The notes beneath the pieces were generated by a model that saw only the letters and a list, made by a program, of their open reading frames with translations, was not told where the DNA came from and did no database searches. Made by a program: the position numbers and the translations under genes. DNA of 64,000 nucleotides. Origin: Styela clava (Eukaryota). Location: positions 13,206,001 through 13,270,000 of the forward strand of contig NC_135258.1 in NCBI RefSeq assembly GCF_964204865.1, written 5' to 3'. Within the stretch, counting starts at the first letter, position 1. Each line of letters starts with the position of its first letter. Positions 1 through 11,892 of the stretch are shown here, piece by piece.

Positions 1-91
1 GAGACAAGCAAGGTTTTATGGAGTGATTAACGAAATTTACTAACAAAATTTTCGCGTATAGCAGTAACTAACAAATGAAATGCATATATAC

Positions 92-908
92 TAGTTTCTT
101 TGAGAAAACGAGCATATTTTCTTCCAGTAGGGGTGAAAGCACATTGAATCTGGAAGAGTTTGGAACCGTTTATTGAGGCAGCCTGTTCATTCCAGCTTTT
201 CGTCCATGCCTCTTCACTTTTCCTGGTAGTGAGAATAATCTGAAATAGAGCGATGTTGTCAGCAATATAGTTACGTATAAAGGTGAGGTGATCGATTTTG
301 AATGACCAGCTCAGGCTCAGATGATATTTCATTCGCGGATAAATGAACACGATGTGTCTACGTCAGGCAAAAGAATAAAGCATCAAAGTTCCTCGCTTAG
401 CCATTAATATGTATTTTTTGTCATTCAAAATCACTTGCATGAATTCGAAATCGTCAGGCCTTTAATATCATACTGTATATTCAGATATTTTGGTTTCGGA
501 ATGCATGAAACATTGTGAACAAATAAAAATCAAGTCACTAAAAGACACACAATGTTTCGCAATTGACGAGGAGCTGCGAAAGACTATCGTGTCAGCGACA
601 CCTATAAAGGGCACTAAAAAATTTTCAGCTACATAAATCATACAGTATCTACTCACTTTTGAATTTGGAAATGCTTCGTGTAAGTTTTGCCAGTAAACAC
701 AGGCCGGGAGATCACTGACGGCATCAATATTTTTGTACATCTTGGTAAACATCTCAACAGAAGCTCCTTTTTCGAATATCTCCATCCATTCATCTCCAAG
801 GTACATAAAATTTTCATCGAAATCGTACACTGTATACCCCAATATTCTCAAACAATCACGCAATGTTTTTGTTCCACATTTAGCGAAGCTGGCTATGATT
901 ACCTTCAT
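92..908 (-). CDS. Sulfotransferase-domain (Sulfotransfer_4-like, P-loop fold) protein, 5' exons; gene continues beyond the window start
   Basis: Exon 1 is 908-657 (MKVIIASFAKCGTKTL...D.SDLPA..YWQNL.EAFPNSK, donor GTGAGT). Exon 2 is 239-92 (acceptor TTTCAG, IILTTRKSEEAWTKSW). The KCGT loop, DLPA and ILT.R..E.W..S motifs fit this family. Confidence 0.8.
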
Positions 909-2287
909 CGTAATGATAACTTTATTTTCCTCACTTAAATACTACAAGCCTGACTCTAAAACAAGCGTACACACCTTACAATGCTAAAATTCTCTATTGC
1001 AGTGAGTAATTATGAATGATCGTAGTACAGTCACAGAAAATGCGATTACTGTAACGAAAAGTAAACGGTAAAGAAATCATTATAAAGATTTGTTTATACA
1101 ATGTATTTATATGAGTCACGACCTAAATCTTGTGCGATATTTATGTCAATTGATGTTGTTATTCGACTAGCATTAGTCTAATTTACTATTTACAAGCATG
1201 TTGTTGATTCATGTTGGCAAATATCGTGAAAAGTCCGAAGGATTCATTTCGCGCCAAATCAGAAGTTCTCGCTAAGATCATTTTCTCGCATTCTCTTCAA
1301 GCGCTAGCAAATATCGAGGCCTTCTCGTCAGCGTGGTGCTTTATTTCCTACTAACGGAACGGTACAGCCATGCCAAATTGAAGTGACGATGTTGGCGCCT
1401 CACAAAATGAGAAACTTCGATGTTATTGTAGTAGAATCTATTCGACATTTTCTTATTATTGTTTTTGAAGCTATTGATTATACACAATCTGTGGGTCTCA
1501 AAAACGATCATAAAAGTATCCACCAGCCATGCCAGTAGTGAATAGGGTTAGTTCGGATACCTATAAATTTACTATCCGGATAACGGATATATCCGAGTAT
1601 ACCGTATTTTAACTATCCGGATAAGCAGATAGTTACTGCTAATTTTAGATATCCGATTTCACAAGATTTTTGCGGTGAGTTGACCTAAAACCAGTTACCA
1701 TCACACAGTTCTATTGTGAATAGCTCAAATTGACAATGTCGCAAGAATAGCTGTCATATGTTGAAACTACCAGTTCATAATATTTTCCTCGTACAAAAAG
1801 AAAAATTTGATAAATGTAGAAGCTCCCGAATGGAACATCATCGACTAGCTGGTGTATAAACAGTTTGTGGCAAATTTAAAGAATGTAGAATCAGTATAAA
1901 TTAATTATAACTTTCCTAACTTCAGAACTTATAAACGTTATCATGTGATACCCTGATCCTAGACATTGAATATAAGTTTTTAATCCTTATTCTTCTGTTC
2001 GTTCTTGCTGATAAAATATATATAGATAAAAAATTGGTACCTAATTTATAGAAGTTATAGTTGTATCATAGTGATACCCTTCTCACTACAGTGACGCAAT
2101 ATTACGTATCCGCAAAAATACCTCCTCGCTTGCTTGACATTGCCAAAATACTTTTTTGGTCTATAAACAAATAAAATTCATACTATTTTCCTCATGGAAA
2201 CGAGCAAATTCTCTTCCAGTGAGAGTGAATGCACATTGAACCTGGAACAGTTTGGAATCGTTTATTGCGACGACCTGCTCATTCCTG

Positions 2288-3746
2288 GGGCCCCATTCGC
2301 CAAACATCGTAAAAAGCCTCGTTTACGAGCACGTAACCTTGTCTCTCAAAAAACGCAGTTCCGAAATCTCGTTGGGTGCGATTCACGAACCATCTTGTAA
2401 AAACTTTACGCACGGTCACGCAAGTTCTTTCGAAATCTAACGCACGGTCGTCGTTGAACAAAAACCACTCAACCGTATCAGTCACTGCCGCTAGTCGCCC
2501 TGAGCGGACAGGCTTATTTTGCGACGATCTGTAGGGTTTCCCCGTTTGCAGACTGTGTTTTAAATTCTAAAATGTGGGTCATATAGCAGTAATCTATGGA
2601 TATATGAAATAAATGCTGGAGTACATATTGTGAACTACTTCTGTGACCGACAATAAAATAGATGAATGAATGCAATCCCATATTTGATGTTAGTACGCTG
2701 TTAGTTGGCATAGATAGATGGGTCCACAGCTACTACACTACAGTCACTCTTACCTAAGTTAGGCATTCAAAGATTTTTGATACCAATTTTTCACGAAGTA
2801 TGCAAACACCACAGCATTTGTTGGGGTGTGCATGTGGCACATAGCCTACTTGTCTTAGGCCAGTAAGGTATTGATCATGTATCCCGTCTAAGTTATATCG
2901 TTTAATTATTATGTAGATACTGTTACAAATAAACACACATACATTTTAACCTGAATTCGTGCTAAGAACATGCCGAACTACTGTTAACGAGCAAAATTTT
3001 GTACTCGTTAGTTTGCGAGCACCTAAAGAACTTTCGTCAATACCGATTCTCGGTAAAATGAGAGAAGAAGGCACTTTACGAGACGTCTGTTTGGCGCGCA
3101 AAAATTCTCTCGAATATTAACGATACCTCGAGAATACCATTTTTGCCTTTTACGAGAAAGTGGGGGCTTAACGCGTTAAATCCGAATTGGCAATGGATTT
3201 AAATTTGGCAAAAAAAAAATTAACTAATAACATAAGCGACGGTAAATCTCGCTTTCGTTAAGACGGGAATTTTATTTGCGGCGGAGCGAGGGAGTGTTTT
3301 TGAAATTTATGCAAATTTCGGTGTTTTTGGGGTGGTTATAGAAGACATATTATCCCTTCCATCTACCAAAATATTTTGAGTTGGATCACGAAATTGCTAC
3401 AGCAATATTATGCTATTGTTTGTCAACCACGAAGCGGTAACAGCAAAGGACTTAGCGAATATTTCTATTTTTTATCACGGTTTGAAGTTTCAACTCCCAA
3501 GAAAAAAAATGCCTTTTTTCTATCCGGTTTGTGACTCAGACCACCACTTTTAAAAAAACTTTTTATTTTTAATCGCTCCAACGAGCCGTCAGTGGGCAGC
3601 ATAGGATCATTAGTTTTTCGTTAGTTGATCGATTAGTTGTGGGGGTACAAATGCATAAAATCGGCGTAGCAAATACGATTATTTAATAAAAAATAAAAAT
3701 CGCATGGAAAGGGTTAAACGATAAAGAAGTTTGGCGAATGGCGCCC
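2288..3746. mobile_element. Non-autonomous TIR DNA transposon, PIF/Harbinger-like
   Basis: TIRs GGGCCCCATTCGCCAAACAT and GGGCGCCATTCGCCAAACTT match 18/20. Flanks are CTG and CAG (CWG-type target). The element interrupts the paralogous exon at the site read as TTCCAG in the intact copy. Confidence 0.75.
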
Positions 3747-4040
3747 CAGGTTTTCACCTGTGTATTTTCACTTTTCCTTGTAGGCCTAGTGAGAATAATC
3801 TAAAATAGATCGATGTTGACAGCACCATGGTTGCGTTACATGCATATAAAGGCGCGATGATCAATTTTGAACACAGTAATCAGCTCAGATGATATTTCTT
3901 TTAAACATGAATAAAACTTATTTATGGGATTTAATTATTCAAATAATATTTAGAATCTTCTAACTAGAGAGTATCATTTTTAAAGCATTATCTGATACCA
4001 GCATGGTCAGCTGTCGAATGAATGAGGTATTATGCTTGAG

Positions 4041-4883
4041 TAGGGTTACCATATTTTTGTGATTTCAAAGTGGGACGCCTCTAAAGACAACGACCCCTTA
4101 GCTCCGATTTTGTAACTTTACATTTTCCGATTTTACATTTAAAGCTATCCCGGCTGTCTTCATTAGCCATATTGTCATCGAGAATTCATGGGTTCATGCG
4201 CATATTATCTGTCCAAATATCGGGTTCAGTTCGAAAAATGGAAAGGAATTGACGTTAACCATAGGATAGGATAGGATTTACATATTTATCCCGGGGGAGA
4301 GGAAAGCCGATAAGACGGCTTATCCGTATGGCGAACCACGGCCTCTCGTCCGGTTACCATTCCAAGTCGGGTATGGGATTAGTTATATTGTTTGTTTTCG
4401 GAAGCATGGACTTGGTGGTGGAGGAAGCCGTAACCGACCAGCGGTTACGTGAACCACCCAACGACGGCGAGTAGTCCAGCAATCCTCTCGCACATAACCA
4501 TCCCATCACGGGATTCGAACCTGCGAACCCCCGCAGAGTAATTAGAGGTGCGGTGGCGAGCGTATTCTTAACGCTTAGCCCGTTGAGCCACACCGCCGCG
4601 CATACCGGTACAAATAATTCAAATCTAGACTAATTAGTATTGGCTTTACATGCGATACAGCGATACCGTACGTTTTCTAACAATGTTAGCGGAAAACAAA
4701 CGCATTCACATTGAGTAGGCTAGCGCTACGTTACACAGAAACAACAGTAACAAGAACATGTTCGTGTATTATGCTGGATGGCTCAACGCCAAAGCGGGAC
4801 TTTTGGCTGACTTATCGGGACGGCAGGACAAGACGCTAAAAAGCGGGACTGTCCCGCCTAAAGCGGGAAGTATGGTAAGCCTA
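4041..4883. mobile_element. Non-autonomous hAT (Tip100-like) element
   Basis: TIRs TAGGGTTACCATA and TATGGTAAGCCTA; 8-bp TSD TGCTTGAG/TGCTTTAG (7/8); subterminal GCGGGAC repeats. Carries a nested SINE. Confidence 0.85.
4261..4598 (-). mobile_element. tRNA-derived SINE, near full length
   Basis: On the minus strand: A box TGGCTCAACGG, B box GGTTCGAATCC and a (CCTAT)n tail. Degenerate relatives lie at ~59103-59408 (+), ~51260-51515 (-), ~31490-31575 (+), ~26990-27155 (+) and ~35555-35600 (-). Confidence 0.85.
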
Positions 4884-5390
4884 TGCTTTAGAACACTGAA
4901 TATTTCTGGATGTTGTCAAAAAACTTCCACTTCTTGACTTCTGAATAGCAAAGCAGTAGTGATATGCTTTTGTGCTTATAGATGGTGAGCCATATAGAAA
5001 TACTGGCTATTCCGATACAATTGCGATGCTAAAGTAATTTTTTGAAGTGTCGGAATATTGAACCATGAGCATTGTTTGCAAGTGAATTTATTTCATCTCT
5101 ATTTGATTTTATTTAAATTACCCCAATTTAATTTTTGCTAACCATTAAAGCAATTTTGATTCATTTGCATTTAATAAAATTGTAAGTAACCATGGAATCA
5201 TCTGCTAAAAATGATATGGCCTGAAAAACGATTTTTTCCTCATTCCTGGTCTCAGCCTACCAGAGAAATCTTGATAATATCCGATTCCGTTCCGACCGTC
5301 GTCGGGTGCGGACGTGTCAGCTTGAAAAGACTAGTGAATGCTACGCGTTGTATGTTTCGGTATCTGTAATCTGTATCGCGCAATATCAAC

Positions 5391-5632
5391 TTGAGCAAAG
5401 CCCATCCACTAGAGTTAAAGAAGTTTATGGATAAAAGATTGGATTCAAAGTTAAATGGTGGACGATTTGTTACGGGTATATTGCGAGGTTTCGATCCTTT
5501 TATGAATCTAGTCGTGTATGATGGAACAGAGCGTTGAAAAGATGGGATCACTGCACCTGTTGGAATGGCTGAATGGTGGTCGTTCGTGGAAATTCGATAT
5601 TAATGTTGGAAGCATTAGAACGGATACAATGA
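5391..5632 (+). pseudogene. SNRPG: Intronless small nuclear ribonucleoprotein G (SmG) pseudogene
   Basis: Translates to (L)[41 protein letters not shown]...VGM|VVVRGNSILMLEALERIQ*. The start codon is TTG instead of ATG, there is an in-frame TGA at 5535-5537, and an 8-bp insertion at 5568-5575. Confidence 0.92.
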
Positions 5633-5894
5633 TTTCAAAGTGAACTATCTGAAAACGACAAAAGAACCCAATACCCCAATCCATGATTTGTGCATAGACT
5701 GCTATGGAACATCCAATCCATTTACCAAGCTTGTTTTTTAGTAAAAAAATATTTGTCACTGTGTTATTTTTGCAATATAATTGAAGTAGGCCCACAACAT
5801 CACCATTTTTCGTCAGCGAGTGTTCTTTAATCCATATATCTGTATAGGATAAGCACATACACGTCTCACATTTTAATTTGAATTTATAAGATAT

Positions 5895-6098
5895 TGCCCG
5901 ATGTCACATCGTGTTTTTGTTTTATTGTGTTTTGCCTGTTTTGGGGGGACGGGCACGTACTTGTACGTATTTAACTTTTTTATTAAGTTATGTCCTCCAG
6001 GTCCTCTGTATTTTGTTTGTCCCTTTGTTGTTGTTTTGTGTTTTGTTTGTACCAGAGTGACCGAATAAAATTGATTGATTGAGTGATTGATTATTGAT
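5895..6098 (+). mobile_element. Probable 3' end of a CR1/L2-type non-LTR element
   Basis: GT-rich stretch ending in AATAAA followed directly by an (ATTG)n tail. No coding homology seen. Confidence 0.4.
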
Positions 6099-6563
6099 CT
6101 GATAAAATTAATTGAACAGTAACTACTAACTACTCACTTTTGCATTCGGGAATACTTCGTGTACCGTTTGCCAGTAAACGCATGCTGGGAGGTCGCTAAC
6201 AGCATCAAGCCATCAACATTTTTGTACATCTTTTCCAACATCTCAACAGAATCTCCTTTTTCGAATATCTTCATCCAGTCGTCTCCAAGGTACATAAAAT
6301 TTTCATCAAAATCATACACAGTATATCCCAATATTCTCAAACAATCACGTAATGTTTTTGTTCCACATTCAAGAAAGCTGGCTATTACCTTCATCGTAAT
6401 GATAACTATACTCTAAACACCGATTAATAGGTCTATTTAACTTTTGGGAAATACTCTAATGTTACTTTTGCAGCACGGCACCAACTAGAACAATCATGGA
6501 TCCCTTTCGACGATGTACAGTTTAATTAACTTTTGTGTGCAGAGTCAATAAGTCATCAATACA

Positions 6564-6740
6564 TGGGTTACCATATTTTTGTGACTTCAAATCGGGACGC
6601 CTCGAAAGACAATGACCCCTTAGCTGTGATTTTGTAACTTCACATTTTCCGATTTTACTACATAGGCCTACATTTAAAGCTGTCTCGGCTGTCTTTATTG
6701 CCATATTGTTATCGAAATTTCATGCGCCCATATTATTGAA
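6564..6740 (+). mobile_element. Left-end fragment of the hAT family seen at 4041-4883
   Basis: GGGTTACCATATTTTTGTGACTTCAAATCGGGACGCC... is colinear with 4043-4210. Confidence 0.8.
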
Positions 6741-7004
6741 ATTCTTTTGAGATATAATGCAAACATATACAGTTCTCCACAATCTATAGATAAATCTCTG
6801 CAACTCTTAACAAACTCATGTTTATCAAAACAATTATGCTTACTTGAATTGTATGTAGAGTGTACTTGTAGTATGTACCGGTACATTCTGATGGTATTGA
6901 AGTTGTTTTATTTTTGAAATTTCAAAACTTAACCGCTGTTTTCTGAATTTCAGGATCTAATTTCAAAATCAATTACCGGTAATACATTTTTCAAGATATT
7001 AAAA

Positions 7005-7226
7005 ATGAAACGAATGATACTCCGACAAAAATTTCGTAAACATATGAAGAAAGGATTGCATGAAAAATTGAAGCTTTCAAATAAAGTGGAGATTCTAGTC
7101 TGGCTGGATTATCTCATTTTTCTACAAAAACTTATCAAACAATCTGAACAAATTGCCAAAGAAAACAGATCGAAACGAGTACTACCAAGCATGATTCGTA
7201 ATGCCGGAGATCATCTCTTAGACTAG
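7005..7226 (+). CDS. CENPW: Centromere protein W-like histone-fold protein (73 aa, single coding exon)
   Basis: Basic N-terminus MKRMILRQKFRKHMKK, then LKLSNKVEILVWLDYLIFLQKLIKQS...A....KRV. This matches the recalled CENP-W pattern (human LRLEKSGDLLVHLNCLLFVHRLAEES). Good start context AAAATG, and a TTTCAG acceptor at ~6953. Confidence 0.72.
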   Translation: MKRMILRQKFRKHMKKGLHEKLKLSNKVEILVWLDYLIFLQKLIKQSEQIAKENRSKRVLPSMIRNAGDHLLD

Positions 7227-7840
7227 TGAATGTCATCTCCAAAATAACGTCATCAAAAAATGATGTCAATCAAGACCGTTCAAAACGAATCGAATGTCAA
7301 TGCAAAATTGATTGTACTCAAAAAAGTGAATTCTCAATTTTATGGATATTTCAAATTTTTTTTTTTAAAAGTGTATAACTTCAGGAATACCATTCTTCAG
7401 ACAGATTTTTTCATTGGAATAGGGGTTATTTCTTTTCCCCGGAACTATGTCTGTATTAATATTACCTTGAAATGACTTTTTGGGATTCTTGGATTCTGCA
7501 AGAAGATGTTACTTGCCTGCCTTGCTGTATACAATTATTGTAATTTATAATTGAATGTTCTCTGAATTTTTATGTATAGCTACATCCAATTGACTATACG
7601 TGAAATCCGATAGTAATTTATTTAATTTTAACTATAGCCATGTGAAAACTTGAACATTTTGAAACTTGGATAAAATACTATGAAGTATTTTGTGTCTCGA
7701 TGTACTACTATGCTGCTATGTTTAACATATATTAATATTTTTTGAAAGTATTTTTGTAACAATTTGTGTTTTTGATTTACCTCTACTGCCAAGTATTTAA
7801 AACTAGGTTATTTTTTAAATAAATTATCTTTGGTATAACC

Positions 7841-10800
7841 ATGTCTACACAATGCGTGAAGTGTGAAGAAGGAAAGGCCATAATTTTAGTGGGAACTAAT
7901 GGCAGCTTTTGCAAGTAAGTGGTGTACACTCCGGATGTGAACATTTTTTGAAGAATCATTGTATTGATCTATTGTGCATTTTTGGTATTTTATAATAACA
8001 AAATATTTTCTGTCAAAAAAAGTCTAATTTATCTTAAAATTTATTTTTTGGTTACCGCCTCTCATACTTCATAACTCCTGATTTCCATTGGGATCTTTTC
8101 ATAAAGGAGGTACAAAAAATTTAACCCTATGTGTTGCAAAAATAGTGGAGTTCTAATATGAATATTTTTTTTCCAGAGAATGCTTCTTGAAATATTTCAC
8201 GCACAAATTCAGAGCTGCACTGGGTAAACATCCTGTTGTCCGATATGATGACAAAGTTGCTGTTGCTTTTTCAGGAGGATTGAATTCCAGTGCTATGCTA
8301 CATGTTTTACTAGAGGTATTCCACAGACATTTTGTATCCTTTGTTCGCCATTAGTAAGCTGTTTCGGAGATTTCAAATCCTACTATCTGACCTCATAAAG
8401 TATGTATTGGGGTATGATATTAAAAAAGCTGTTGACTACCATGAAATTGAGAATGATTATTACATGGCACCTGAACAATATCATTTTAATTTTGGGATTA
8501 TATTCGCTATTTTTGAAGAATCTCTCAAATAAATATTTTGAGCTATGGCAAAGGTGGAAGTTCTTTTTTTGAGGGCCACATTTAGAAAATCTTTTTTGCG
8601 AAGGGCCTCATTGAGAAAATTTTTAAGTTTTTTTAAAAGATCATATCATAATAGTTGCCTTTCGTTATGCTATGATAGCGTCAAATTTAATTGTGGCTTA
8701 CACCGTTAAAGCGAAAATAAAAAAAAATGTTAGTATCATTTTATTAAATAAATTCGAACATTTTAAATAAAGTATAAAAATAGATCCAAATTTTGTATGT
8801 GTTCATATTTTAAAACATTTATTCTCATTTCAGTCTCTGTCACCTCTGTCGTTCAAAAGACTAAAATTCCATCCTGGTATTATATTTGTTGATGAAACTG
8901 TTTTATTGCCTGAAGAGAAAAACTATGAAATTTATTTGAATGAGATCGAATCTATAATGAAAGCATCTGGGCTACCATATCACATTGTGAAACTGGAAAA
9001 GGTATTTTTCACTGCATACTGTTGTATCGACTGTTCACACATTCAAAATGATTGGGTTTATATTTGCATCAACAATGTGGCATCACTACTGTGATTGTAT
9101 TTAAGATAATATTCTAGACTTTTTAAGGTAGCTTGCTCTTTTGACTTGCTTGCTGGAGTTGTCCACTTGTCCTTCCACCTTATATAAACAACTAACAGAA
9201 TATTTAATGACTTAGTGGTATACTAGTAACGTTTTCTGGCAACAATTTATAGGCCTCGGAATATTAAAAAAATTTAGGTTTATTTTGAAAACAATTGAAA
9301 GATTCTAGTTATCAGGATCAGGAATATAATTTAATTTACGTAGTATTTTTGAAATATAACTTTTTTACACAAGATTTTGTCTATCAGCGATGACACTGTG
9401 ATTGAAAATAATGATGACACAGCACAAACTTGCAATCTTAGAGAACTTTTCGATTCTATAAAAAGTATAACAAGTAAACAAGAGCTGCTTTACCGACTAA
9501 GGTAAGATTTTTCTTCTGTTTGGTTTTATCAAAACACTTCAGTAAAAATAATTCAAACTCAATTAGTACTTGTCATTGCGTGGCTATATAGTATAGAGTA
9601 GCGCTTCTAATACGAGAGTGTGCAGACTCCACGGGGTATCCAAAGCTGTTTTTAAAAATTCATGAAAACAGTATATTTTTGTTACTCGTTTCATTATACA
9701 GGGTGTTCATAAAGTCCAGTTACAATTCCCATTTTGTTGTGAGGTCTGTTCCTAATGTACGTTAACTTCACCATATTTGTTTTATTTTAATCAGGATTCC
9801 TCCATGTTTTTTTACTTCATTTGATAGATATATTTGATAGGGGGCCAATAAACTATATATGGTTTAGATCAGTGGTTCTCAATCTATTTAAAAAAAATTC
9901 ATGACAGACCCCTTGCAATTTTTAATGATTACCGGCCTTGTGCACTAAAACAAAACAAAAGATCACAACAAAAAAGTCATGCTTCGTCGTATTGTTAAAA
10001 ACAATGAGCGAACAAAAGTTTATGGCAAAGTTTAATGAGTTGAGTGCACTTGTTTCGTTGTGAAACAGCATTCAAAAGTGAACTGGCATAACTTCATAAA
10101 CTGCCTAGTGACTACTGTAACTTTGTTTTTGATTTTGTAAAAACCTATTAGTGCAAAGTTAACTCCCCATACATTAGCTTTTTGCATGAGATCTGTTTCT
10201 AAGTCAAGATTACAATCAGAGAAGAGAAAAAGCTTGAGAAACACTGGTCTGAACTGCTCAATAAGTTCGATTTATAGAGATCAGTCTTATACTTATTTAT
10301 TTATTTTTCAGGTGTAAATTGTTAACATACAAGGCAAAAGAGCTTGGTTATCAACATATCTTTCTTGGAGAAACAAGTTCAAGGCTTGCAATTAATATTT
10401 TGTCCAACATTGCGCAAGGACAAGGTGCTCATTTATCATTGGACACTGGTTTCACAGATAATGGAAGATATTTAGGAATCAATTTACTTCGACCATTGAG
10501 GGACATAGGCGCTAAAGAAATTGCAGTATACACGAATATTAATAAGGTAAGCAACAGGAGTGTAATTCGGGTTCTGCCAAATAGTTTCCAACCAGGTTGT
10601 GTAGCTGAGATAACGATGAGCTATGAGTTTTGGTACAATTCTGTGGAATGGATTTGGGGTTTGATTCAGGTTTTTAGGCTTGGGACACTAAATATTATTA
10701 TCAATGTAATATCTCTTGGCATCTGGTTTTATTCTGATGATAATTTTTAAAAACACCTGCTGCCTGCATATGATTTTGTGCCAAAATATGTTGATGAAAC

Positions 10801-11892
10801 ACACACAATACTAGTATTTGCTTTGGGTTCTGTAAGGTTCGGTATATGTGGTCTCTGTTTTGTTATATATATATATCAAAAGAGTCTTGTCTTTAAGCTA
10901 TTAAAATTCTGCTTAATTTTACAGATTCAGAGTGTGTTTTTGCCAAATTTTTCCACAAAAGTTCCAGCTACTTCTAGTATTCAACGACTTACTGAAGATT
11001 TTATTGTTTCACTCACATCTGATTTTCCTGCCACTGAAACAACTGTCTACAGAACTTCAAATAAATTAGAGGTATTTACAAACTCTCAAAATTCAAATGA
11101 TAATAGTAAAAACAACTTATACTCTATCTAAATCTTTTTTTTTTTTATTTGAGATATGGTTGTTAATTGTTATTCAGCAACTTGCCACTTAGTGATGACC
11201 AAAATATTTCTTAAATTATATTTTCAAGTATAGTTTATCAATTATATTCTGAATGCCCTAAATTAGATCAAGTTAAACAGATAACATCTTGAAGTGTATG
11301 GGTCATTAATTGTCAAAAAATTATTATTGCTTGGGACTGGCAGCAAGCAGTATCACGGTAATACCTTGTACATATGTATCCATTTTTTGACCATCCGAAT
11401 TCAGATGGGGCAATAAATGTTAATTCTTCAGAAAATTTCAGGAAATTTATTCAAAATTTATTTAAACAATTTTTCCAACTACAGATGATGAAAAATTCGA
11501 AAAAGGAAGAAAACAAGGACACAAATGAAAACTGTTTTCTATGTTGTGGGCCACTTGATACACAGATCAAAGAAGGCAATGCTTCTGCTTTACAAGCAAT
11601 TGAATTTACTGAAAACTTGAGTAATGGAATATTTGGTACTGCTGAAAACCCACATCTACCTCATGATCTGAAAAGTACGAGCAAGTTACCACAGTCTGAT
11701 TCTGGCGACGATTATTGTGAAACACAAGAAAAAACAATGGTGAATTTGTGCCACTCTTGTAAAATATTACATAAAGATGTGAATACTGAAGTTAACTTCG
11801 ATCCTATTTTTGAACACTTATTTAAAAATTCTTCTAAAGTTACGAACGAAGAAATGCGCAAGCAACTTGAAGATGTGTTACTGGATTGTTGA
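7841..11892 (+). CDS. CTU2: Cytoplasmic tRNA 2-thiolation protein 2
   Basis: Seven phase-consistent exons: 7841-7914, 8177-8315, 8834-9001, 9374-9501, 10312-10546, 10925-11071, 11485-11892. Motifs CVKC...FCKECF...HKFRA, AFSGGLNSS, GETSSRLA, RPLRD..AKEI, FPATETTVYRT, CFLC and LCHSC. Confidence 0.93.
9870..10246. mobile_element. hAT (Charlie-like) MITE in a CTU2 intron
   Basis: TIRs CAGTGGTTCTCAA and TTGAGAAACACTG. The internal sequence is shared with the copy at 31646-32077. Confidence 0.7.

Larger units (their letters stand above)
2184..6394 (-). pseudogene. Disrupted tandem paralogue of the sulfotransferase-like gene
   Basis: Exon 1 (6394-6137) is very similar to 908-657, but AKCGT is changed to LECGT and an 8-bp insertion near 6205-6212 shifts the frame. 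Exon 2 homology is split into ~3750-3800 and ~2184-2284 by a 1.46-kb inverted-repeat element. Confidence 0.85.

Noticed and set aside
1543-1660. Clustered TATCCGGATA palindromes after TAGGG
   Set aside because: Probably one end of a DNA transposon, but no partner TIR or TSD was found.
4500-4598. tRNA gene (A and B boxes present)
   Set aside because: No cloverleaf end or terminator. It continues into a repeated body with a (CCTAT)n tail, so it is a SINE head.
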